Source: a virus
Taxonomy: Duplodnaviria > Caudoviricetes
Strand: one strand, 5' to 3'
DNA length: 64,000 bases
Virus record (IMG/VR): IMGVR_UViG_3300021255_003058
Location: 32,001-96,000 of that record
In this document: one piece after another, positions 32,632-42,551 of the stretch
Position numbering within the stretch: position 1 is the stretch's first letter
Layout: each line of letters starts with the position of its first letter
The notes under the pieces: model-generated
Databases searched by the model: none
Told to the model about the DNA's origin: nothing
What the model saw: only the letters and a program-made list of their open reading frames with translations
Made by a program: the position numbers and the translations under genes

Positions 32632-33381
32632 CTAATATCTATGTCTCACGGATTCTTCATAAGTATTTTTATTGTATGTATATCTAATAGGTTCGTTATT
32701 AGAGCAATCAAAATCTAATGAAGAACTTAAATTTATTACTGTACAAGGTGAATCAGATGGAAATGCCCATTTCTTATATTTTGTTTTCTTTGAATATGAA
32801 CATTCTAATATATTCATATCTTCATTATATTCAATTTCAACATTTTCTAAAGAGCCAGCAAACTTAAATGGTGTACAATTTATAACAATAAAATGAAAAC
32901 ATGTCCACCAAATAAGATTACCGTTGAAATATCCTATGCGATAGTCATTCGTATATTTATGTGTAATCATATCTTGTGTTTTATATGAATGAACAAATCT
33001 ATGAAGTGGTGCATCAAATGCATGATTCTCTTTAAAATTCTTACCTACTTCAAAAAGCATACCATTATATTCCAAAGAACGCTCATCATTATCCCATCTT
33101 TCATTAATAATTTCATGTACATGTGGCTTGCCTTTCATTTGAATAAGCTTGCCTATATTAATTAGATTTTCAATCTGAAATCTATTCATACGACGGTCTT
33201 CTCCATCCTTCCAAGGAGTCACCTTAATAAAATGATCTTTTGACTTAATATATTTCCAAACATTATTATGCTTATCAACTACATACTCAAAGAAATCAAA
33301 TTCTTTAACTTTTGCATAACATTTATCTAAAAAAATTCCATTTGATAATTTCAAAAATAATAAAACCAACAATAAATACAA
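32632..33381 (-). CDS. Hypothetical protein; start uncertain, possible frameshift near 33310
   Basis: Long open frame with no ATG near its 5' end; an out-of-frame ATG at 33322 directly follows the upstream gene's stop. Confidence 0.55.
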   Translation of the reverse strand: MYLLLVLLFLKLSNGIFLDKCYAKVKEFDFFEYVVDKHNNVWKYIKSKDHFIKVTPWKDGEDRRMNRFQIENLINIGKLIQMKGKPHVHEIINERWDNDERSLEYNGMLFEVGKNFKENHAFDAPLHRFVHSYKTQDMITHKYTNDYRIGYFNGNLIWWTCFHFIVINCTPFKFAGSLENVEIEYNEDMNILECSYSKKTKYKKWAFPSDSPCTVINLSSSLDFDCSNNEPIRYTYNKNTYEESVRHRY

Positions 33382-33666
33382 TCAACCACCATGGTTTAGG
33401 CTTCAATCCACCATTATCAGTCATATATGCTCTATTAAGCATATCTCTAACCATTAATGCGTTTCCTGTACTCATAATAATATTTTATTATAATGTTTTC
33501 CACTTATCTCTAATGTAATATTCTCTAATCCAATCGTCATAAGATATTACATCATAAAATTTATCGTTTGATACTTCAACTTTATCTGTCTCTGGAATAA
33601 ATTTATAATTATAATAAACTCCAGGCTCATTTATTCTTGCACAAATCATTATTATAATTGTTTAGT

Positions 33667-34233
33667 TTATAAATTTTTCATTCTTTCTTTAATTTCAGAT
33701 ATTTTAATTTCATCTATTTTACGAAGTATGTGGGGAATTATTTTGTCAACAGCATCTCTCGATTCAACTTCAATAAAATTAACTTTTGCATTATTATATA
33801 CTTTTCTTATTAAATTATCTAACTCTAATGATTCTTCTAATGTATGAATTCTCCCATAAGTTTCAAAATCAATGTTTCCGCGTTTTAAGAAAAAATCTAA
33901 ATTATTAAATTTATTATATTCACTTATAACTAAATTATCAAATTCAATATTTTCACCTTGCTTATACACAATATTATTGAGAAACGACCCATCATGAACA
34001 ATTACATCAACTTTTCCAATTTTATTAGTTATTGCGTAATGTTCCATTCCAAATATTGCTATTTGATGTGTTTTTATTGTGTTGTTTTCTTCATATATAC
34101 GTTCTTTAATATATTCAGAAACTAATTCACAACTTATTCCCATCTTTTTAAGTCTAGCAAAAAGTTCTGCAGCAACTGTTGATTTTCCACTACATGGGCC
34201 ACCTATTAGATTAACAACTAAAGTTTGATTCAT
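33667..34233 (-). CDS. P-loop NTPase, NadR/AAA_28-like nucleotide kinase
   Basis: GGPCSGKST, ELVSEY, vivhDGS, YGR motifs. Confidence 0.75.
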   Translation of the reverse strand: MNQTLVVNLIGGPCSGKSTVAAELFARLKKMGISCELVSEYIKERIYEENNTIKTHQIAIFGMEHYAITNKIGKVDVIVHDGSFLNNIVYKQGENIEFDNLVISEYNKFNNLDFFLKRGNIDFETYGRIHTLEESLELDNLIRKVYNNAKVNFIEVESRDAVDKIIPHILRKIDEIKISEIKERMKNL

Positions 34234-34358
34234 AAAGTTCTATATGTATTTTTATATGCATCATTCATTTACATTCTGATGTAAATTATATTAATATAGA
34301 ACTTATATTAATTTTTGTTAAATTACTTTTTAATCCAATATAAATTTTGGATATAAAA

Positions 34359-34775
34359 TTATCTTTTAATCCAATAAGAATACACTGAAGATTTAAGACA
34401 TTCATCAGAAACATCATATATGTCGCCGTCTTGTACAATTACAAAATAATCTGCAAGATTAAGAACATATACCGCATTCTTATTAAGATCTTTGACAAAT
34501 TCTTCAACAATTGGCCTAGATTCACCTTTCTTTGGCTTACCCAAAGTTATAAATTCAAAATTATTTTTGCTTAGAATAAAATTAATTGCTTGCTTTGATA
34601 CAGGAATATCGTGTAAAAACAACCCAGCTTTGCTTAACATGTCATAAGCTGTTTCCCATGTAACATCAAAAACTTTAGCAATAGCCCGTACCGCTGAATC
34701 ATTAATATACCAATTCTTTGGCTTACCTGACTTGAAAAACTTACAAGTAGGATTAGGATTATAATATTTTACCAT
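34359..34775 (-). CDS. Conserved phage protein, papain/C39-like fold, probably catalytically inactive
   Basis: YYNPNP...DSAVRAI...QDG.IYD...VYSYW pattern, with Ser and Tyr at the usual Cys and His positions. Confidence 0.45.
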   Translation of the reverse strand: MVKYYNPNPTCKFFKSGKPKNWYINDSAVRAIAKVFDVTWETAYDMLSKAGLFLHDIPVSKQAINFILSKNNFEFITLGKPKKGESRPIVEEFVKDLNKNAVYVLNLADYFVIVQDGDIYDVSDECLKSSVYSYWIKR

Positions 34776-34874
34776 TTCTTACAAATTTAAAATATTTAAC
34801 TTATTATATATGTTATTTAATATTATCAGTTATTATATAGTATTCACAAAAAAATATTTAAATAGAATATGAAA

Positions 34875-35114
34875 TTAATCTACAATACCACCATAGAACT
34901 CATCAAATGTTGAACTACGACGTTTCATAGTATGAGGATTAATCATATAATGACCGTATTTGGTATCGTTACCCTCTCGATAGACTTTATAGAATTTACC
35001 ATCACTGTTGCCCTCTGAATAATTGTTTTTAATAAAATTATCCATCTCAGTTGAAATACAAATGAGATGGTAACGGGCAGATTCACATACATTAATTACA
35101 TCTTGATTAGTCAT
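34875..35114 (-). CDS. Hypothetical protein (start reassigned to MTNQDV...)
   Basis: ATG at 35114 lies 1 nt past the upstream stop. Confidence 0.6.
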   Translation of the reverse strand: MTNQDVINVCESARYHLICISTEMDNFIKNNYSEGNSDGKFYKVYREGNDTKYGHYMINPHTMKRRSSTFDEFYGGIVD

Positions 35115-35115
35115 A

Positions 35116-35388
35116 TTACTTAATGTGTTTTCCAAATGTTGATTTATTTTCAAATGTTGCAACCATAATGTTCTTAATATTGAATGTTCCTCTATCTCCG
35201 GCATGTGAAAAATAAGAATATCCAAGCTCCTTACAATGAAGCATATACTTACCGTTGCGACTTATTAAAATACGATTTGTCTTTGTATTACGAATGCGGC
35301 CTTTATTTGAAACCTCATAAAAATCAGCAATTACCCAATTGGGATTAACAAGTTTACCGTTAATTTTCTTCCAAATTTCCTTTTCCAT
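35116..35388 (-). CDS. NUMOD4-motif protein lacking a complete HNH domain
   Basis: EIWKKI...FYEVSNKGRIRN. Confidence 0.7.
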   Translation of the reverse strand: MEKEIWKKINGKLVNPNWVIADFYEVSNKGRIRNTKTNRILISRNGKYMLHCKELGYSYFSHAGDRGTFNIKNIMVATFENKSTFGKHIK

Positions 35389-35389
35389 A

Positions 35390-35707
35390 TTACTTGATAT
35401 AAAGATTATCAACTTCATTATTGAAATTATCACCATCACGATGATAAATTACCTTTCCATAACAGTCACCAACAAATGTCTGATAAACAGTATGGTCAAC
35501 CAAGAACTGTAATGTGCTATCATTACCATTAATTCTTTTATGATTAGTCCACATCAAACGTTTTTTATCATAAGTCTTAAATGGATGAATGAATTTACCT
35601 GTCTTTGCATTACGAATACGCCCCTTATTTGAGATTTCATAATTACCAATGTATGAACTCATGTAATACAAATCCTTAGAAATAGGTTTCCAAATTTCGT
35701 TTATCAT
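35390..35707 (-). CDS. NUMOD4 + HNH endonuclease-like protein
   Basis: EIWKPI...YEISNKGRIRN and HRDGDNFNNEVDNL. Confidence 0.75.
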   Translation of the reverse strand: MINEIWKPISKDLYYMSSYIGNYEISNKGRIRNAKTGKFIHPFKTYDKKRLMWTNHKRINGNDSTLQFLVDHTVYQTFVGDCYGKVIYHRDGDNFNNEVDNLYIK

Positions 35708-35739
35708 ATTTTTATTGTTTAATTAATAATTACAAATAT

Positions 35740-35767
35740 AATATAGTATTTAATTTTTAAATTTCAA
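35740..35767 (-). promoter_or_regulatory. Conserved early-type promoter
   Basis: TTGAAA-N15-CTATATT. Confidence 0.7.
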
Positions 35768-35782
35768 ATATATTATGAAAAT

Positions 35783-36470
35783 TTAAAGATAAGATCTCCA
35801 ACTTGGACCTTTTACTAAATCTACAGTAACCCAAAGAGATCCACTTGTATCAATATTTGAAATATAGAAACAATCTACTTCCGCAAGAAATGGCAGATAA
35901 TTGCCACGATTTATATGTTTGTCTCCATAAAACAATGTCGTAACTTCATCAAAAGCAACTCGAGCAGTTGAAAATGGCATTAAACCTTTTACATCTTTTG
36001 CTACTTTAATTGCTTCGCCATGACAATTGAAATTTGAATAAGGAACATTAATATGAACTTTAGTTTTCCCAAGTGCTTCTGCAATACCTTTAGTAATGGT
36101 ATCAAGCTGATAACCTGTTGACCACATGCCATGTGAGACATATTTCTTCTTTAACTCTTCAATAGCTTCTGTTTTCTTTTTTCCAAATCTCATATTATCT
36201 ATCGAATTTTGCATTTAACCCAAGTTCTTTCAGATATTTAATTACTTTTTTTGTATCATTTTCAGTAAGAGTTCCAATATGATATTCATAAGATTCATTT
36301 GCTTTAATATTCCTATAAGAACAGTAATCATAAACGCTAAACATAGTTCCATCAGGCATCTGTGACCACCAATTTCTTTGTGTTTTATAATCATCAGATC
36401 CATTATGATTACCAAGAACCTTATTAATCTTAACTGCTGAATTTTTTACAATTCCAAAAAAGTAACCCAT
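35783..36470 (-). other. Two hypothetical genes (35783-36193 and 36195-36470)
   Basis: Coupled ORFs between two promoters. Confidence 0.65.
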
Positions 36471-36494
36471 ATTAAATTTATATTTTACAAATAT

Positions 36495-36522
36495 AATATA
36501 GTATTTATATTTAAATTTTCAA
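36495..36522 (-). promoter_or_regulatory. Conserved early-type promoter
   Basis: TTGAAA-N15-CTATATT. Confidence 0.7.
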
Positions 36523-36628
36523 ATATAATTAAAAAAATAATATTATTTATCTTGTATTTAACATCTTTTAAATATTTTAATTTTTATTTCATAAATTCTA
36601 TATTGTATTATATTTATATGAGGTTTAT

Positions 36629-37543
36629 ATGATAGATTTTTCAAATTTAAATGTAGATAAAAGTTTAAGAAAAGTAAGTATATCAAATTTGCTTGATACA
36701 TTAGAAACACCATTTGATGCTGAAACTGTATCTGAAAAGACATCAGCAAAATATTTTGATAATCCTGAGTCAGAATATTATCATATGACAGCTGAAGAAA
36801 TACGTGAAGCATGGTCAGCAAAGGGTGCAACATCAACTCATTATGGATCATTACTTGATGATTATATTGGGTGTATATTAACAGGTAATGAAAATGATCT
36901 ACGATTATTCAAACTTGATAATGGATATGATTTTGATGAAAGACTTAAAGCTCATTGTGATGCTTTCGATAATTTCTATTCTGTATTAAGTAAATCAGGA
37001 GATACTGAATTTGTTGATAGAGAAAAATATCTTTATCTTAAGGTTAAAGATCCGATGACAAAAGAAGATATGTATGTGTATGGACGTTTTGATGCTTTGT
37101 TTAGAAACAAACGTACAGGCAAATATATATTAATTGACTGGAAATCATCAGGAACGATTGATAAAGTTGCAGATAAATGGACAAAGAAAATGTTAGGTCC
37201 TATGTTCAAATATCCTCAATTAAATTGGTATCGTTATACATTACAATTGTATTTCTATAAACAAGCATTGCTTAAGTCAGGATATGTTTCTGAAAATACA
37301 AAACCTGAAGATATAGTTGTAATGATTGTTAATTTACCGGATCATATTATTCCTGAGGTTAATATGAATTATCAAATACATCAAGGTGCAATGCCTTATG
37401 ATGAAAATATGATGAATACTTTCTATAAGTTTGCAATTGAAAAACATATGATTCTTGAATCTCAAAAGAAAGAGGAAAAGAAAGAAAAGAAAGTACAACA
37501 AGAAGTGCAAACACAGGAAGAAAATTTAGCAGATATATTTTAA
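36629..37543 (+). CDS. PD-(D/E)xK exonuclease (RecB/Cas4-like, no Fe-S cysteines)
   Basis: GRFDAL...LIDWKS...QLYFY motifs. Confidence 0.85.
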   Translation: MIDFSNLNVDKSLRKVSISNLLDTLETPFDAETVSEKTSAKYFDNPESEYYHMTAEEIREAWSAKGATSTHYGSLLDDYIGCILTGNENDLRLFKLDNGYDFDERLKAHCDAFDNFYSVLSKSGDTEFVDREKYLYLKVKDPMTKEDMYVYGRFDALFRNKRTGKYILIDWKSSGTIDKVADKWTKKMLGPMFKYPQLNWYRYTLQLYFYKQALLKSGYVSENTKPEDIVVMIVNLPDHIIPEVNMNYQIHQGAMPYDENMMNTFYKFAIEKHMILESQKKEEKKEKKVQQEVQTQEENLADIF

Positions 37544-38361
37544 TGAAACAATTTAAAGATTTACAACCTGGCGATATAATTTATTATTATGATCACTGTA
37601 CAATGAAACCACGAATTGTTGAAAGAACAGATTGGGATATTAGAGAAGAAGTACAAAAATATCGTGGGTGGGAAGATAAACACACATATAAATATTTATT
37701 AATTTATTGTGTAAATTGTAAAGAACCAGTAAAGATATATTGTTCTTTACATGATGGTGCAAGTTCACATGAAGGAGTTTATTTTTCATGTAAGGAAGCT
37801 GCTGAGCAATGCCTTAAAGTACTTAAATGTTATAGAGAACGTAGAATAGAACGAGCAAAAAATTTAATTGAAAAAGAAACAAAAATTTTAAGTAAATATA
37901 AGTTTAATGATTAAAATAATTTAATATGATTTTTCCATTAATTAATAGATATAAAGTATATAGCTTTGAAGGTAATGACGTAGTAATCAGACACCAAGAT
38001 TTATTTCGTCAAGTATATTTACAAACAATTGTAACAGAAGGTGAATCTCAGTTTATTACTGTAAATTGGTGGGATTTTGCATTTAAAGCATATTTTGCAT
38101 ATGAATTAAAACATAGTAAATGTGAAGATATATACAGAGAATCTATAGAGTATATATAATATGATTAACCCATTTAAGTTAAAAGAAAATAAACGATATA
38201 CATTATATGGTAGAACAATAATCGTTTTTAAAATTCTACCATATAATGTATTGTGGTATTATTTGGATCAATGGTGGGTTGAACAAACAAAAAAACCAAA
38301 TTTATATAATTCTAAATTATGGTGGTTTATAATAGATGCACAAAAATATAAATATTATTAA
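37543..38361 (+). other. Three small hypothetical genes (37543-37914, 37926-38159, 38161-38361)
   Basis: Translationally coupled ORFs. Confidence 0.6.
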
Positions 38362-39476
38362 TGAACATTTTAAAATCAAATTTTGAAATAATTGAACAAA
38401 AATATGATGATTTATTAATTGATATGTTTCGTCATATAGAAATATGTGGACGAACTTGTTATAAATCTGAAGATAAGATAACTGATACATCATATGAAAA
38501 GTTTGTCAAAATGCTTGAAGAAGCAGAACATGGTGCAATGCTTGAACATGGAACAGTTTATTTAACAATACCATTAGGAACACCAATAGATGATCCACAA
38601 TATATGTGGAAACATGATATTGCAAGTTTCTTTTCAAAAAATAAGTATTCAGTAGTTAAAGAAAAGACCATCAACGAAACAGTTGATGTTGAAATTAAAG
38701 GCTACGGAATGCAAACACAAGCATCTGCTCATTTCTATTTTATTACAACAAATTGGAGAGTAATTTATGAAAATAGAGATAAATTGCTTTCTAAATATTG
38801 GCTTAACAATTTTCATATTGAAAAGGAATCATTAAAAGATTCAGTTTTACAATGGATGACCGAACCATCTGAAGAACATGAAAAACGATATACTGTAAGA
38901 TTTACATATCATCTTGCTGTTGCTCGAGATATTAATAGACACCGTGTTCAATCAATAGGTGAAGAATCAACTCGTTATTGTAATTATTCAAAAGAAAAAT
39001 TTGGAGCTGAATTAAATATTATTGAACCTGTTTTCTTTTCTGATTTAGCAAAGAAACGTATCAATTCAGAGAATCAATGGTCATTAAAAACAATGTGTAG
39101 ATTAATTGCACAAGGACGAGAAAATGAAATGGATGATATTGATATGTGGAGATTTGTTAATTTAGCTTGTGAATTTGGATATAAATATAATGTTGATGTA
39201 TTCAAATGGACTCCACAACAAGCATCATTAATGTTGCCTCTTGATACAAAGACTTGTTCAGTACATACTGCATTTGCATCTGATTGGGAACATTTTTTTG
39301 CATTAAGAGCATTAGGAACAACTGGTGCGCCACGTCCATCAGCCAAAGAAGTTGCATGGCCATTGATGGAAGAATTTATTAAAAGAAATTATATACAATT
39401 AAATGATAAATTAAAAAATATATATTTAGAAATAAAAAATAAATATATAAATATAAATGATTATATTAGAAAGTAA
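38361..39476 (+). CDS. thyX: FAD-dependent thymidylate synthase
   Basis: GRTCYKS, H.AMLEH, RHRVQSIGEESTRY (RHRx7SxR) signature. Confidence 0.93.
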   Translation: MNILKSNFEIIEQKYDDLLIDMFRHIEICGRTCYKSEDKITDTSYEKFVKMLEEAEHGAMLEHGTVYLTIPLGTPIDDPQYMWKHDIASFFSKNKYSVVKEKTINETVDVEIKGYGMQTQASAHFYFITTNWRVIYENRDKLLSKYWLNNFHIEKESLKDSVLQWMTEPSEEHEKRYTVRFTYHLAVARDINRHRVQSIGEESTRYCNYSKEKFGAELNIIEPVFFSDLAKKRINSENQWSLKTMCRLIAQGRENEMDDIDMWRFVNLACEFGYKYNVDVFKWTPQQASLMLPLDTKTCSVHTAFASDWEHFFALRALGTTGAPRPSAKEVAWPLMEEFIKRNYIQLNDKLKNIYLEIKNKYININDYIRK

Positions 39477-39542
39477 TATTAAAAAAATGTTACCAATATA
39501 AATAATATTTATTATTTTAAATATAAATAATTTAATTTATAT

Positions 39543-40193
39543 ATGAAGTCATTTATTGTATATAAACATACATGTCCTAATGGTAAATGTTATATAGGAA
39601 TTACATCAAAATCAAATGCAAACCAAAGATGGAGAGATGGTCGTCCATATATTGGTGATAGAAAACATTTAACAAAATGGGGTGCAGCTATTATAAAATA
39701 TGGATGGGAAAATATTTTACATGAAATTTTACATGCAAATTTAACAAAAGAAGAAGCTTGTAATTATGAAAAACAATATATAAAATATTATAAAGATTTA
39801 AACCAATGTTATAATATGACTGAAGGTGGAGATGGAATATGGGGATATAAATTTACAGATGAGCAAAGAAAAAAAATATCTGATTCACATAAAGGATTAA
39901 AACAATCACAAGAAACAATTAATAAAAGAGTTCAAAAAAATATTGGACAACATAGATCTGATGAATCAAAAAAGAAAAAAAGTATACCAGTTTTACAATT
40001 TGATTTAAATGGAAATTTTATTAAAGAATATTTTGGGTGTAGAGAAGCAGTACGACAAACTGGTATATTTCATATTGTAGATGTTTGTAAAGGTATAAGA
40101 AAAAGTGCAGGTGGATATTTTTGGAAATTTAAAGACGAAAACCATCCAAATTTTATGAAAACTACAAAATATATTTTAAATAATAAGAAATAA
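39543..40193 (+). CDS. Free-standing GIY-YIG homing endonuclease with NUMOD3 and NUMOD1 domains
   Basis: IVY..T.PNGKCYIG, YNMTEGGDG, KKISDSHKG repeats, PVLQFDLNG.FIKEY...SAGGYFWKF. Confidence 0.9.
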   Translation: MKSFIVYKHTCPNGKCYIGITSKSNANQRWRDGRPYIGDRKHLTKWGAAIIKYGWENILHEILHANLTKEEACNYEKQYIKYYKDLNQCYNMTEGGDGIWGYKFTDEQRKKISDSHKGLKQSQETINKRVQKNIGQHRSDESKKKKSIPVLQFDLNGNFIKEYFGCREAVRQTGIFHIVDVCKGIRKSAGGYFWKFKDENHPNFMKTTKYILNNKK

Positions 40194-40278
40194 TAAAAAT
40201 AAGTTTCCAAATATTGAAAATTATATAAAGTTATGAAAACATTAAATAATCATATTGAAGAAACATTGATTAAGTCAT

Positions 40279-41115
40279 ATGATAGGAATAATTGGAGCAA
40301 TAGTAGGTGATTTGATAGGTCAAGCTTATGAATTTCATTCTACAAAAGACTATAATTTTGAATTACTTTCTGAGAAGTCTCATGTAACAGACGATAGTAC
40401 ATGTACAATAGCTGTTGCAGATTGGCTATTACATACCAATAGGACACATGAAGAACTAATAGATAAATTCAAATACTGGTGCAATAAATACAACTATGGG
40501 TTTGCACCAATGTTCAAGAGCTGGGTCAATTCAGAAAATAGAAACCCATATAATTCATTTGGTAATGGATCTGCAATGAGAGTATCACCAGTTGCTTGGG
40601 TATCTACATCATTAGAAGAATGCATTAAACTTGCTAAAATATCTGCTGAAGTAACACATAATCATCCTGAAGGTATCAAAGGAGCTATAACAATTGCTAT
40701 TGCTATCTATCTTAACAGGCAAGGAAAATCAAAGAATGAAATTATTGACTATATATTAAATGAGACAGATTATAAATTACAGTCTTATGATGAATTACAT
40801 AGAACACATAAATTCATTTGTACTTGCCAATGTTCAGTACCAGCTTGTTTGACTTGTTGGTATGAAAGTACATCATATGAAGATTGTATTCGTAAAGCTA
40901 TATCATTAGGTGGTGATGCAGATACTGAAGGATGCATAGCTGGAAGTATATGTAATGCAAATAAAGAAACAAGTATTGATGATGATTTTGTAAATAAATT
41001 ATGTTTAGATGGCTATATACCTAATGAATTTATCGATATTATAAATGAATTTCATGAAAAATATGAATTAATAGATTGTTTATTAACATTAGATGAAAAA
41101 CAAGATAACATTTAA
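40279..41115 (+). CDS. ADP-ribosylglycohydrolase (DraG/ARH family)
   Basis: GAIVGDLIG, TDDS, SFGNGSAMRVSP, THNH, GGDADT. Confidence 0.93.
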   Translation: MIGIIGAIVGDLIGQAYEFHSTKDYNFELLSEKSHVTDDSTCTIAVADWLLHTNRTHEELIDKFKYWCNKYNYGFAPMFKSWVNSENRNPYNSFGNGSAMRVSPVAWVSTSLEECIKLAKISAEVTHNHPEGIKGAITIAIAIYLNRQGKSKNEIIDYILNETDYKLQSYDELHRTHKFICTCQCSVPACLTCWYESTSYEDCIRKAISLGGDADTEGCIAGSICNANKETSIDDDFVNKLCLDGYIPNEFIDIINEFHEKYELIDCLLTLDEKQDNI

Positions 41116-41404
41116 AAATTTTTGGATATGGTTTTCTGACCAATGTCGTCGTAAGACTGTATTTAAAAATTTCTTTATAACAAGAAATACATGGGGTGCA
41201 TTCTCTATAAATTCACATATCAACCAGCATACTAATAAAGAAAAGGTAATGTACAATACCGTTGAAGGTGCTAAGAAAGCAGCTGATGCAATGAGTAAAA
41301 AACATAATACGCATTTCTCATATTATAAATGTCTATTTTGTGATGGGTATCATATAGGGAAAAATAAAGATAACAAAACTGATTATGATAAAAAAGTTAA
41401 CTGA
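41093..41404 (+). CDS. Small zinc-finger phage protein
   Basis: YKCLFCDGYHIG. Confidence 0.65.
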   Translation: MKNKITFKNFWIWFSDQCRRKTVFKNFFITRNTWGAFSINSHINQHTNKEKVMYNTVEGAKKAADAMSKKHNTHFSYYKCLFCDGYHIGKNKDNKTDYDKKVN

Positions 41405-42356
41405 ATATATAAAAGATCAACAATTTGATGATATTGACAAACTGATCATATCAGAATGCAATATTGAAACATATAAAAATTCACCAGTATTAAAATATGG
41501 TATTCTTGAAAGTTTAGGTATATTTAAAGGATGCAAAGAAATCACTGAATATATATTTAATGAGTTAAAAAAACATATTGGTGATTCAGAGATAGCAATA
41601 GATATTACAGGAATTAAGGCTGATAATAAATTTTTTAATTCATGTTTTTTACATATTAAATATGGCGATGAATATGAAGATGGTGAAGCTGGATATTATT
41701 CATCTGATGGTCATGATGATTATAATGAAATAAGATATGATATTGAAACAGAAAAATTCAAATTCATTGAAATTGAATTAAAGATTGCTAAAGATTATAT
41801 TGATAATATATATTCTTTAATTATGCATGAGTTAATACATGCTTATGATGACTATATTAATATTAAGAAATCAGGATTTAATGCTTCTCTATATCAACGT
41901 AACAAAAGAAATAAATATCAATTAGTTAGGGTGAAGGGGGATGATGATGACCTTATTACTCAAGTTTTCAAAGAATTTATGTATTTATTAGATAAGTCCG
42001 AACAAACAGCTTATATTGGACAATTGAATACAGAAATAAAAGGAACTTATTCTAATATTAAAGATGTTATTAATGATTTAAAAAATACAAATATATTTTT
42101 CAATTATAAGCAAATAAAGTTGAATTTTAATGCTATAACTAAAAATAAAAAGTATTTAAGTAAATTTTGTGACATCTATCGTCAAACATACAATAATAAA
42201 AAATCTAATGAATCAATTATCAAAGAATTGAATAACAAATATAATAAATGTTGGAAAAAATTTATAAATCATTTATATCATATTGCAGAGGATCATTTAA
42301 TTAAAGAAAATTATAATCATATTGATTCTAATAAAAAAATAATTACAATTAAATAA
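41385..42356 (+). CDS. Putative zincin metallopeptidase
   Basis: HELIHAYDD (HExxH) plus downstream SE..AY. Confidence 0.65.
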   Translation: MIKKLTEYIKDQQFDDIDKLIISECNIETYKNSPVLKYGILESLGIFKGCKEITEYIFNELKKHIGDSEIAIDITGIKADNKFFNSCFLHIKYGDEYEDGEAGYYSSDGHDDYNEIRYDIETEKFKFIEIELKIAKDYIDNIYSLIMHELIHAYDDYINIKKSGFNASLYQRNKRNKYQLVRVKGDDDDLITQVFKEFMYLLDKSEQTAYIGQLNTEIKGTYSNIKDVINDLKNTNIFFNYKQIKLNFNAITKNKKYLSKFCDIYRQTYNNKKSNESIIKELNNKYNKCWKKFINHLYHIAEDHLIKENYNHIDSNKKIITIK

Positions 42357-42551
42357 TATTAAAATAAAGATAATAAAATAGATTATGATAAATGTATATC
42401 TTGACCCATTAATAGAAGAAAAAATTCGTCAAAGAATTGGTGATAAACAAATATTTGAAATTAATGTAAATATTTACGGAATTATTGCTCTTTACAATAA
42501 AGACGGACATAGTAATTTTCAAGAGATAGAAATATATTGGGATGAAATGAG

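Noticed and set aside
39497-39529. T4 late promoters (TATAAATA) upstream of the GIY-YIG gene and elsewhere
   Set aside because: An all-AT 8-mer is expected by chance in these intergenic regions; not supportable without statistics
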